Source of the DNA: Camelus ferus
Taxonomy: Eukaryota
Direction: 5' to 3'
NCBI RefSeq assembly: GCF_009834535.1
Contig: NC_045697.1
Span: 73,906,001-73,970,000 of the forward strand
DNA length: 64,000 bases
A model generated the notes under the pieces. It was not told where the DNA came from, searched no databases, and saw only the letters and a list, made by a program, of their open reading frames with translations. The position numbers and the translations under genes were made by a program. Every line of letters begins with the position of its first letter. Positions within the stretch are counted from its first letter, which is position 1. Shown one piece after another: positions 1 through 54,065 of the stretch.

Positions 1-29
1 TTTGTTCTGTTGTTTTTCTTTGTCCAATA

Positions 30-1720
30 GGAATTATGACCTTTTGATTTAGGTTTTATTTATTAATTAATATACATGCTTAAAAGTTACAAAACGACAC
101 ATTTAAAAGCAGTCTTCCTCCCAGTGCTGTTTTCCAGTCCTCTCCACTCCTTCTCCTGGAGGCAAAGTATTATCACCAGTTTCAGTGTATATTCTCCCAG
201 AGCTGCTTTTCTTTAGTTTGGTAAATGTACAGGCTGTGGCATCCTTACACATACTGTTCTGCAGCTTGTTTGACTTCATTTAATTACCTGGAAATACTTT
301 ATATGAAAATGTAGGTTGTTTCCAAACTTTTGCTATTGCAAAGTATTGTGCATACATTCTTTAACACATATATATGGGCATATTTGTAAAATAAGTTCTT
401 AAAACTGAAGAATCAAAGAAGTTTCTGTGAAATTCTACGATATTGCTAAATTGTCCTCCATGGTATTTGTATTACTTTTGACTCCTGAGAACCATGCAAA
501 GCATGTCTGTTTCCCCACATGCTTGCCAACATAGTGTATTATCAAAATTTTTCTTCTTTGCCAATTTGGGGAAAGAACTGTATCTCGTTGCAGTTTTAAT
601 TTCCATTTCTTTTTACAAGTAATAATGGACATCTTAAAAATATTTCAGAGCCATTTGCATTTCATTTTCTGTGAACTGTCCACATCCTTTGCTCATTATT
701 TTTTTCTTCAGTGGTTGGTCTTTATCCTGTCAGTTTGTATGGGTCCTATATATTACATTTTATGTACTTCTAACTTTGCTTATTGGTTTATTTTCGCATG
801 CATAAATTTTACTGAACTTTATCATCTTTTATGGCTTCTAGATTTTTTTGTCACAAAGAACTTACCCAGTCATTAGATAATTATTTTTTAAGCTTTCTCA
901 GGTTGCTTTTAATTTTCTTAGGGTTTTGTTTTCCACATTCAGATGTTAAATCCATCTAGAATACATTTTGGTGTCAGATATAAGGGACAGGTCCAACTTT
1001 ATTATTTTTCTCAGAAAACTGTCCAGTCATTCTAATGTATTTATTTGAAATGCCGTTGTTACCTTGCACCGTATTTCTATGCATGTTTAAATCTATTTCT
1101 GGACATTCTATTCTATTCCATTGGTCTTGTAAATACTGTATTATCTGTTGATGTGTAAGTACAAGCTGCTTTAAGTACAGTAGAGCTTTTGTTGCCTTTT
1201 AATAGCTTTTAATTTGGTCAGTGCCCTTCCCAGGCCACATTACGATTCTCTTCCAGATTATTCCTGGGTACCCAGTTTGCTTATTTTTTCACATGAACTT
1301 TAGAGACAGCTTCTTTAGTTCCTCAGAACATTCTGCTAGTATCTTTATGAGAGTACATTAAATGAATAGATTAATTTGACAGCTACCCAGGAACATATAC
1401 CTTTCCACTTGTTTTGTTTTTATGTTTGTGTAACCCTCAGTATTGTTTTAGAGTTTTATTCAAATAGGTCTTTCACATTTCTTTTTAAGTTTATTCGTAA
1501 TGTTTTAAAAACATTTTTTTCTATTATAGTATTTTATTCCACCAGAGCTTCTGACTGGTTGTTGCTTTTATATACCAAGGCTATTGATTTTTTTCTTCAG
1601 CTACTTTACTGAATTCTCATCAACTGTAACAACTTTTCAGCTGATTCTCTTGGTTGACCAGTATACAGTCTTATTATCTGCAAATGATAACTTCAGTGTT
1701 GCTTCCCAATGTTTATTTTC
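30..1720 (-). mobile_element. Old degraded LINE-1 (L1M/L1ME-like) remnants
   Basis: T-rich antisense L1 motifs, e.g. ggttgtttccaaacttttgctattg, ccccacatgcttgccaaca, ctattctattccattggtct. Confidence 0.55.
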
Positions 1721-2139
1721 TCCTCTGTTTCATTTTTCTTAGTAAGCAATGGCTATTTTAATAGAGCTTTTTTATAGTCCAAAGGGAAAATAATTTTGAT
1801 TTTTTTTTCCACTTACACCCTAGAATAAATTTAATGAGAAAACCTCGGGGAAAATAAAGCATGGTTGTATCATAAATGGGGCAGAATTGATTTTCTATAA
1901 TACATTATTTTGGGGTTTTAGTGCCCATTTCTTCCTGCTTTCCCTAGCATTTGGGCTTTGAAGTCTCCATTGGTATTGGTCTCAAAAATGTTTGAATAAA
2001 TGAAGAAGAAATGATCTGATCACAAGATGAGCAAATTTTTATCAATCTAGTGAAGCTGGATGCTCACTCTATACCAAGTACAGAAATAAACAGAGTAGGA
2101 TATTTTTAAGGAGTTCACAGTCCTGTTAGAGTAAACAAA

Positions 2140-2950
2140 ATATAACTGAGTGTGATATGTTGAGCTGCAGATCATATACAAGATATAGAAGCAGCATAGG
2201 AATAGAAGTGATTAATTCTCTTGGAAAAATCAAAGAAGGAATCCTAGGGGAGGTGATGCCTGAGACAGTTTTAGCTGAACACAGGAGTCACTGAGCAAGT
2301 AAGGAGACCAAAAAGGCATTCTGGGCAGATAAAACAACAGTGTGGAGGTCTGACACAGCTTACCACACTTGAGAATTTATAAGCTGTTGTTATAATTGGA
2401 GTATAAACTGTGAGAAGAAGTAGGAGAACAGAAAAATAGAAACCTATACGTGAAAAACCATTCATTATTAGTCAGGAATTCTCAAAAGAAGTGGGCAGGA
2501 AGTGCCTGGAGAGGAGGACAGAATCACTCAGAAAGGGCACTTTGTGAACCACGCTTTCATCCCTTCCCCATCCTCTGGAATGTCAGCACTACTGGGAGCT
2601 TGCCGTGTCTTTCAGGTGTGTTTGGGTAAAGAGTTTGAGAACTACTGATGCAGGCAATATGGCGTCAGTAAGGTGTTAAGAAGGGTATGACATCAGATTT
2701 GCGTTTTAGAACATTCCCTTTGATAACAGTATGAAGGGTCCTTGAAGGACTGGGGAGAGGACAGGTCTGGGCTTGGGAGAAGCCCTTTAAAAAGCTGTTG
2801 CAATAGATACTGAAACAAGATCATGTAGATCTGGCTACTAAGTGGCAGTGAAGAAAAGTCAAGAACTATATGGGAAATGGAATTGATCAAGCTTAGCAAG
2901 TGATTGGATATGTAAGGTGCTAGAGAAGAAAGAAAGGTGGTAGTCTTTAT
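2140..2950 (-). mobile_element. L2 LINE remnants, possibly interrupted by a MER5-like hAT fragment at ~2470-2650
   Basis: L2-like aaggcattctgggcaga and gattggatatgtaaggtg; TIR-like ttctcaaa ... tttgagaactactg. Confidence 0.45.
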
Positions 2951-3266
2951 TGTTCTTAGCATTTTGACAAAGAATTATTTGGGAAGGAAGTCGATACTAT
3001 TTACTAATATAGTATCAGGTTCCCCCTTTAGCTGGTGATTTTGGTCTTTGTTCTCTGTGACCATGAATATTTGAGAGTTGCTGGGAAGACAAGAGTAATT
3101 TCCTGAGTAGCTCCTGGTTGTGTCACTCTGAGACATGGAAATAAGGACCACGGTTTGCTCTGTCTAGGAGCTCCAATATTGTTCATGCCACGATGCTTCT
3201 CTAAGGTGTATTATTAGTGTTAGAAACATATCAATGTACTCTGGTTTTTGTTTCCATGCTTTTTAG

Positions 3267-3312
3267 GATTCATTCAGAGGGCAGCCTTGTGGATGGCCCC
3301 GAAGCAAGCCTG
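3267..3312 (+). other. TET2: 5' UTR part of the first coding exon (exon 3)
   Basis: Acceptor ctggtttttgtttccatgctttttag|G at 3266/3267, 46 nt before ATG 3313. Confidence 0.9.

Positions 3313-3313
<1 letters not shown>
3293..3313 (+). promoter_or_regulatory. Upstream ORF (MAPKQA*) whose TGA overlaps the main ATG
   Basis: ATG GCC CCG AAG CAA GCC TGA; the last A of TGA is the A of the TET2 ATG (TGATG). Translation is unproven. Confidence 0.6.
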
Positions 3314-46841
<43,528 letters not shown>

Positions 46842-47243
46842 TGTCGCCCCTCGGGTTGGTTACCTCATTTGAAAAGACCACAACCAGCCTATCCGTAGTG
46901 TAGTTCTCATGACGCGGGCAGTGGGGAAAGGACACAGTGTTCCTGACAAATGTGGGGGGAAGAACCTCTGCTCACCAGCGAAAAAAGAGGTCCTCTCACC
47001 ATAGCACTTAATTTCCCCTGACTCCTAAGTGGTCACAGATGGAATCTAGGCAAAAGACCAAAGCATTCTATGCAAAATGAAGGTGGAGAAAAAAGTGTTC
47101 CACAATTTACATTGTTAAACACTGGTTCTGTTATTGGATGAGATGATACGTAAATGTGATACCCCTCCCCTTACAACTCTACACATCTGTGACCACTTTT
47201 AATAATGCCAAGTTTGCATAGTCATGGAACGCAAATCAAACAA

Positions 47244-48489
47244 GTACTGTATTATTACAGGGGCAGGAATCTTAAAATACCATCTGGTGCTGAATATATG
47301 ATATATTGAAATACTGGAATTATGGCTTTTTAACATGCAGTTTTTACTGTAATCTTAATATTAACTTTTATTTATCAGAATAGCTACAGGAAGCATAAAT
47401 GGACAGCGAAACACTGAATTTGTTTGGATGTTCTAAGAAATGGTGCTAAGAAAATGGTGTCTTTAACAGTTGAAAATTTAATGCCTTTGTATCATCAAGA
47501 TGCTACCAGTGTACTCCAATGCCCTTGAATAATGGGGGTACCTTTTCATTCAAGTTTTTAATCATAATTACCTATTCTTACATGAGCTTAGTTTTTAAAA
47601 TGTGGACATTTTAAAGGCCTCTGGATTTTGCTCATCCAGTGAAGTCCTTGTAGGACAGTAAACGTATATATGTACATATATACACATATGTATATGTGCA
47701 CAAACATGTATATGTATAAATATTTTAAATGGTGTTTTAGAAGCACTTTGTCTACCTAAGCTTTGACAACTTGAACAATGCTAAGGTACTGAGACGTTTA
47801 AAAAAAAAAGTTTACTTTCATTTTAGGATGCAAAGTTGATTTTTTTAAGGAAACAAGGAAAGCTTTTAAAATATTTTTGCTTTTAGCCATGCATCTGCTG
47901 ATGAGCAACGTGTCCATTTTTAATATAGCCAGTTACATCCAAAAATGGGGCTTACTGGATTCAAGGGAATACGTTAGTCCACAAAACATGTTTTCTGGTG
48001 CTCATCTCACATGCTATACTGTAAAACAGTTTTATACAAAATTGTATGACAAGTTCATTGCTCAAATATGTAGGTTTTAAGAATTGTCTATTAGCAGCAG
48101 GTAATAACCGCATGCTACAGACTCATCAAAGCTAGTTCACTTAAGCCAGCGCTATTGTATAGATCTGTGTGCTCTTCAGCAAACCGAATGGCAGTCTGCC
48201 TTTTGCTGATAATTGTACATTGTGATGTTGTCATTCCTTAGCTTAAGTGTCCTCGTCACCAGGAAGATTGAGCAGACTGATGCCTGCGTAAGATGAGTAT
48301 AAACAGGGTTAGTTCCATGTGAATCTGTTAATTAAAAAGAAAAAAAAAAAAAACAAAAACAGGCAGCTGGTTTGCTGTGGTGGTTTTAAATCATTAATTT
48401 GTATAAAGAAGTGAAAGAGATGTATAGTAAGTAAATTAAATTGTAAACAAAACTTTTTTAACGCAATGCTTTAGTATTTTAGTACTGTA
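47244..48489 (+). promoter_or_regulatory. miR-101 8mer sites GTACTGTA at 47244 and 48482; miR-22 7mer GGCAGCT at 48362
   Basis: Exact seed matches; miR-22 and miR-101 are reported TET2 regulators. Confidence 0.6.
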
Positions 48490-48558
48490 AAAAGAAATTA
48501 AATATATACATATATATATATATGGATTTGAAGCAGAATTCACATCATGATGGTGCTA
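47285..48558 (+). promoter_or_regulatory. Four miR-29 seed sites: TGGTGCT at 47285 and 47996, TGGTGCTA at 47441 and 48551
   Basis: Exact seed matches; regulation of TET genes by miR-29 is established. Confidence 0.75.
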
Positions 48559-48884
48559 CTCAGCCTGCTACAAATATATCATAATGTGAGCTAAGAATTC
48601 ATTAAAGGTTTGAGTGATGTTCCTACTTGTCATATACCTCAACACTAGTTTGGCAATAGGATATTGAACTGAGAGTGAAAGCTTATAGCATTGTGTACCA
48701 TCATTTTTTTCCAAGTCTTTTTTTTAATTATTATTAAAAAAAAATACCTTTTTTCGATACTTGATTTCTTAGCAAGTATAACTTGAACTTCAACCTTTTT
48801 GTTCTAAAAATTCAGGGATATTTCAGCTCATGTTCTCCTTATGCCAATATGTCACCTGTGTTTATGTAAAATTGTTGTAGGTTT

Positions 48885-48890
48885 AATAAA
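48885..48890 (+). terminator. Candidate proximal 3' UTR poly(A) signal
   Basis: AATAAA with upstream TGTA motifs and downstream T-rich sequence. Confidence 0.4.
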
Positions 48891-49672
48891 TATATTTTTT
48901 TCAGGGATTTAACCCTTTTATTTCAAATCCCTCCTATTTTTACTTGTATATGTCCTGATGTAACTAAAACTAATTTTGTAAATCTGTTGGCTCTTTTTAT
49001 TGTAAAGAAAAGCATTTTAAAAGTCTGGAGAATCTTTTGACTGTTTCAAGCAGAAAAAAATTACATGAAAATAGAATGCACTGAGTTGATAAAGGGAAAA
49101 TTGTAAGGCAGGAGTTTGGCAAGTGGCTGTTGGCTAGAGTCTTCAACTCTCTAAATAAAGATGTCTTGATCCTGTAATCAGTACAGGTACAGATCCACGA
49201 GGACTTCCCTACACAGGCAGAACACTTAGGGGTATGGTGTGCAATTGACTGTACAGCTACATCTTGGTCTAGGTTCATTTTTGCTTACTAATCTTTCAAA
49301 TAAATCCTTAATCAAAGGAGGACTTTGAGTTTTATTGGTCAGATCTTTATAACATGGCTTTTGTCTTAAAAAAAAAATCCTCCCATTTTTGGCTGTGACC
49401 AGTTTACAAACATTTCAAAAATGTTTGCTTTGAATATGTCAAACTGCATGATTTTAATATTTTGCCTATGCCATATATCTAACCCCAAATATTTGGTTAC
49501 TACATGCACATTAGTTGGTTTTGAGTCAGCCACCCTATATGAATGGATATTTGGTTTCTGTATCATCCACTGTCATCTGTCAAACTGCTGGCCAACAAGA
49601 GCAGGAAATATAGTTTGGGGGAGGTTGAGGAGAGGTTAGGTAGGGAGGAGGAGAGGAAGTTGAGTGGCATAT

Positions 49673-49701
49673 TGTAAATATCAGATTTATAACTGTAAAT
49701 A
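49673..49701 (+). promoter_or_regulatory. Two Pumilio response elements (TGTAAATA at 49673 and 49694); a third, TGTACATA, lies at 47671
   Basis: Match UGUANAUA. Confidence 0.45.
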
Positions 49702-50114
49702 TCAAACCTGCCTCAGTTAGAATGAATGGAAAGCAGATCTCCAATTTGCTTATATAGGAATATCAGGTTGACTATATAGCCATACTTGAAAATGCTTCTG
49801 AGTGGTGTCAACTTTACTTGAATGAATTTTTCATCTTGATTGACGCACAGTGGTGTACAGCTCACTTCTAAAGCTAGTGGTTAACTTGTGTAGGAAACTT
49901 TTGCAGTTTGACACTAAGATAATGAACTCTGTGTGCATTTTTCTATGCTTTTTTTTAAAAAAAACTTAGTTTCATTTCCTTTTCATCAGATGTTTGATTT
50001 GTCTATAAAAATCGGATGGTTATAAATACTGTAAGTATTGTAATGTTATGAATGCCGGTTATTTGAAAGCGTTTATTATTATATCATTCCTGATAACGCT
50101 ATGTGAGTGTTTTT

Positions 50115-50120
50115 AATAAA
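50115..50120 (+). terminator. Distal polyadenylation signal AATAAA
   Basis: Canonical hexamer in T-rich context with a downstream GU/U-rich element at ~50147-50172. Confidence 0.8.
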
Positions 50121-50259
50121 ATTTATATTTATTTAATGCACTCTAAGTATTGTCCTGTTGAAATTTCTGTTTACTGCCTGAATTACTGCTGCCTCAGTGA
50201 GGCAAAAGGGAATGAAGAGATTGTTTTTTAAAGATACTTTTTAGATGGTTATTCTTGAC

Positions 50260-50644
50260 CTTTTTTTTATTGCAGTTTAGTTGACTTACAATGTTGTTTC
50301 AGTTTCTGGTGAACAGCAAACTGATTCAGTTATACATATATCTATATTCTTTTTCATTATAGGTTATTACAAGATACTGAATATAGTTCTCTGTGCTATA
50401 CAGTAGGACCTTGTTGTTCATCTGTTTTATATACAGTAGTTTGTATCTGCTAATCCCAAACTCTTAATTTAGCCTTACCCACCCTTTCCCCTTGGGTAAC
50501 CATAAGTTTGCTTTCTATGTTTGCAAGTCTGTTTCTGTTTTGTAAGTTCATTTGTGTTATTTTTTTAGAGTCCACATATAAGTGATATCCTATGGTATTT
50601 TTCTTTCTGTCTTACTTCACTTAGACTATGGCTGAGTAATATTC

Positions 50645-50680
<36 letters not shown>

Positions 50681-50700
50681 ACCACAACTTCTTCATCTAA
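50260..50700 (-). mobile_element. Short L1 3' end with internal (TG)n, just downstream of the TET2 poly(A) site
   Basis: L1 3' UTR motifs; flanking repeat TTAGATGGTTATTCT at 50241, 50701 and 50784. Confidence 0.85.
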
Positions 50701-52255
50701 TTAGATGGTTATTCTCTGTGTGTATGTATATGTGTGTATGTATGTGTGTGTGTATATATATATATACATACTTCTTCATTTAATTAGATGGTTATTCTCA
50801 ATTCTCAATATCTAAGGTAACATCCAAATAATTAAGGCCAAGATATTTCTCTGGTTGAATAGTTTAGTCAGTCAATTGACTTATTTTTCAAGCTTAATTT
50901 TTAACCTATTCACTTTGAGTATAGAGCCAGCATAAGTCAGGAACGGAGTCACAGCACTTCTGCTGACCTTAGGCTGACCGGCCCTCCTGATATATAGTCT
51001 GAGGGCTGTTGACGACAACAGGGACACTGGGGTTGAGTTCATATTGCTTTGGTCTAAGGCCAGCCTTGTTCTCAGATTCTTATCTTCCTCTTCATGTCCA
51101 CTCTCCAAGGAAGACTCCTTCCTCTCACTGCCTGTCCGAAAGGAGGCAGCATTAGGCAAGAGGAATGGGAAGAGGTGGCCTGAGAGGCCCCAGAAGAATG
51201 TGCATGCCCTCATCCATCCCACATGGCTTCAGAGAGCTTGAAGTTAGATTGTCTCTATCTCCGCCCCTTCCCCTGTCATGTGAACCACCCCTCACACAGC
51301 ACCATGCACTCCTGCTGAAACACTTTTAGAAACACAAGATTTAAACACAGTGACTAGTTCTAGTTACGGTGGGTCTTCCAACCCCCACCCCCACCCCTTC
51401 CCAAATTGGTAGAGAATCATTTTCACTACGTGTGAAGTAAGGGACTTCCCTTTCCCATGATTTCTTCTCTGTTCAGCCTGGGCCAAACAGTCATTTCTAA
51501 GCCCGGAAAATGACTGCCGTTTAATAACCTTTGAATCACTGACCAGGTGATTCCTCCAGCACCCTACTCAAAGCCAGGATATGAAGAGAAGCAACATCAC
51601 CATTTTAAAAGCAGTGATCCAATGATTTGATTTTTTTTTTAATTTCAACCCTTTGGGAATACTGTCAACCCTCGTTTCATGATCCATCCTCCGGCTGAAA
51701 CTTGGGAGCCTCCGACTCTCCACATTTGCTAGTCTCCAGTGCCCAGAGCAACGGGAATTTAAAGTTCTGTGAGCGCAAAAGCTTTTCCCTCCAGGGGCAG
51801 TCCTGACTGACCCCACCAGCGGAGGCTGGTGATGCCAGCGCGCTGTAAATGACGCACTGCTGCTTGTGAGTGGAGGTGGACTTGAACGCGGGAGACAGCT
51901 GGCAATGACAGATGAGCCCGCATCACAAAGCTTTATTGGCCCCTTGCCTCCTCTGGAAATAATTGCCAAGAATGAACCTTTTCAGGCAAGCAGACGTGCA
52001 CACAGCTGCTCTGTCACCCAGGACCACATGCACCTTTCCTCAGTCTCTCCCGTTGGGTTTATCATAAAAGCCCTCCTGCTTTGGGTAATTCTAGCTCCGC
52101 TTTGACTCCTGCCTGATCCTCCCACTCTGTACTCAGAGCAGCTGTGTGAGAACCAGATTCAGTGAGAAAGGCCTTATTCATCAAGGCACCTACTCCTCAG
52201 GCTACTGTGAATTTAATCTTTTTTTTTTTTTAAAGGCCACCTGGAGGTGAGTATA

Positions 52256-52295
52256 CAACAACAACAAAACAAAACAAAACAAAACAAAACAAAAA
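52256..52295 (+). repeat. (AAC)n/(AAAAC)n microsatellite
   Basis: caacaacaacaaaacaaaacaaaac... Confidence 0.9.
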
Positions 52296-53894
52296 GAGGA
52301 AGAAGGCGTCTAGGGGAGGGTCTTTTCTTTCCAAAATGAACGCGAGGGGAGAGTGCTGGTCCCACGAAGACCTTTGCTCACAAACTTCAGTCACTCAGCT
52401 TTGCAGTAAGGAGTTGAGACACTTCCTCCTTCCCTCTGTCTCTCCCTCCCTCCCTTCCTCCCTCTCCTGAGAAACACACTCTCTAGTTGTTAGAGTGGTG
52501 AAAAAACATTCACAAAAGATGCCTAGAAAAGAATTAACTGCAATTATAGATTATTTCAGTTTTACCAGCACTCTTCAGTTTCGAAGAATAAAGGTACTTT
52601 TGTTCCCATATTTCTGAGGCCACCTGCCTGCATTTCCCTCTCCTATCAGGCAGTTTCTCACAAATGTCCAGGATTCCTTCTTGAAAGGGGCCACTCTTAC
52701 ACACACACTCGACGAATATGCTTTCTTTAGGGGGCTTTTATGCTGTTTCAAAAGGATTTCTTGACTCAACTTGTCATTTTCCTCTCTAATCAATTCTTAA
52801 TTCAAACAGAAATGAGATTACTACTCAGGTGCTGGGTAAAATTTCGTAGTTACAGAAAGATACTCCACATCTTTCCCTACTCCCACGAGAATGAATTCTG
52901 ATCATTTAAATTCACTTAATGAAGGATCTATAGGCATATCCATTGAGCACTTGCTTTTATTCCTTGCACAGAAGAGTCACATTAATAGAAATCTGAGTGG
53001 AGTTGCTTGAAACTTGAGACGCCTGTGGTGGCCTAACCCCTCTCTCATGGGGAGCTCTGGATTGAGCTTTAAGGACGGCGATGAAGTAGGAGCAGCAGTG
53101 TAGCAGAAAGCACCTGGCTTTGGACGCAGCCTTGCACTTTTACCAGTTAGGCTTCAACTGCAAAAACCAATAAAATAGTGCATGCCTCACAGGGATGTGG
53201 TGAGGACTAGTGAGAATGTAAAACTTCAGTCACCAACTAGAATAAACAGTTGTTCTTACAGTTTATGTTTTCCCTCTCCCTGCCCTTTGCTTCATGTTAG
53301 GAGGGGCATCCACTGACCACACCTTAGGGCTCACCTTGCTGACTCCCGAAGCCCTGTCCCTTCTCCCCACGGTAGGACCCCTCATTCCCTCCCCTGACCA
53401 AACAGATTTACATAGCAGCATAAGAGCTCTTGATCATGAGGCAGCATTAGGACCTCAAAGCTACAAGAAGACAGTGACAAAACAAGGAAATAATCCTCTG
53501 TCCTGTGATCTCATAAAGCCTCAAACTGATTTCCAGATGAGTTAATCCCCTAGAGATTATGTGAAAACTCCAGTAGTTGGAATGACGTCACAGTTCTTAA
53601 CATACCAAATACATATCAAAGACCAATAAAATGTCCAAACCATTTGAGAGTTAAAAGCAAAGGGAAAAAAAAATCAACCAATATTATATTTTTATTTCCT
53701 TTACTTACAGTGTCACATACTAACAGATATAGTTCATGGAATTATTGTTTACAATATCCATCTTTCAAATTTGAATAAAATATTTTAGGGTGGAGTATAT
53801 TAAAATAGAAGGGAGTTATGTTTTAAGTATTATGTATCACCGACTTAAAAATGTTTTCATTTTTGAATTCCCTAGGAAGTGACTTACAATAAGG

Positions 53895-54065
53895 AACTAC
53901 AGCTCTGGGTTCAAGTCCTGGCTATTACTAGCCATACGACCCTGGGCTAGCTAGGTGCTAATCCTTCCTCTCTTTTCCTCAATTTCTGCCCCTGGAGAAT
54001 GAAAATAACAATACCTATCTCACAAGGTTGTTGTGAGGAACAAATAAGTTCATTTAAAGCACATT
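53895..54065 (+). mobile_element. MIR SINE
   Basis: ctgggttcaagtcctggct...cctcaatttc...aatacctatctcacaaggttgttgtgagga. Confidence 0.75.

Larger units (their letters stand above)
48758..49822 (+). promoter_or_regulatory. miR-26 seed sites: TACTTGA at 48758, TACTTGAA at 49783 and 49815
   Basis: Exact seed matches. Confidence 0.65.
46842..50146 (+). other. TET2: TET2 3' UTR (~3.3 kb, AU-rich, no interspersed repeats seen); end approximate
   Basis: Runs from the stop codon to ~25 nt after AATAAA 50115, followed by GT-rich gtattgtcctgttg. Confidence 0.8.

Noticed and set aside
3217..3312. ORF-track start at 3217 (MLETYQC...)
   Set aside because: It is a GTG in the intron upstream of the 3266/3267 acceptor; the real start is ATG 3313.
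53583..53590. Full CRE palindrome TGACGTCA
   Set aside because: A single 8-mer in AT-rich sequence with no supporting context; about one is expected by chance in 64 kb.
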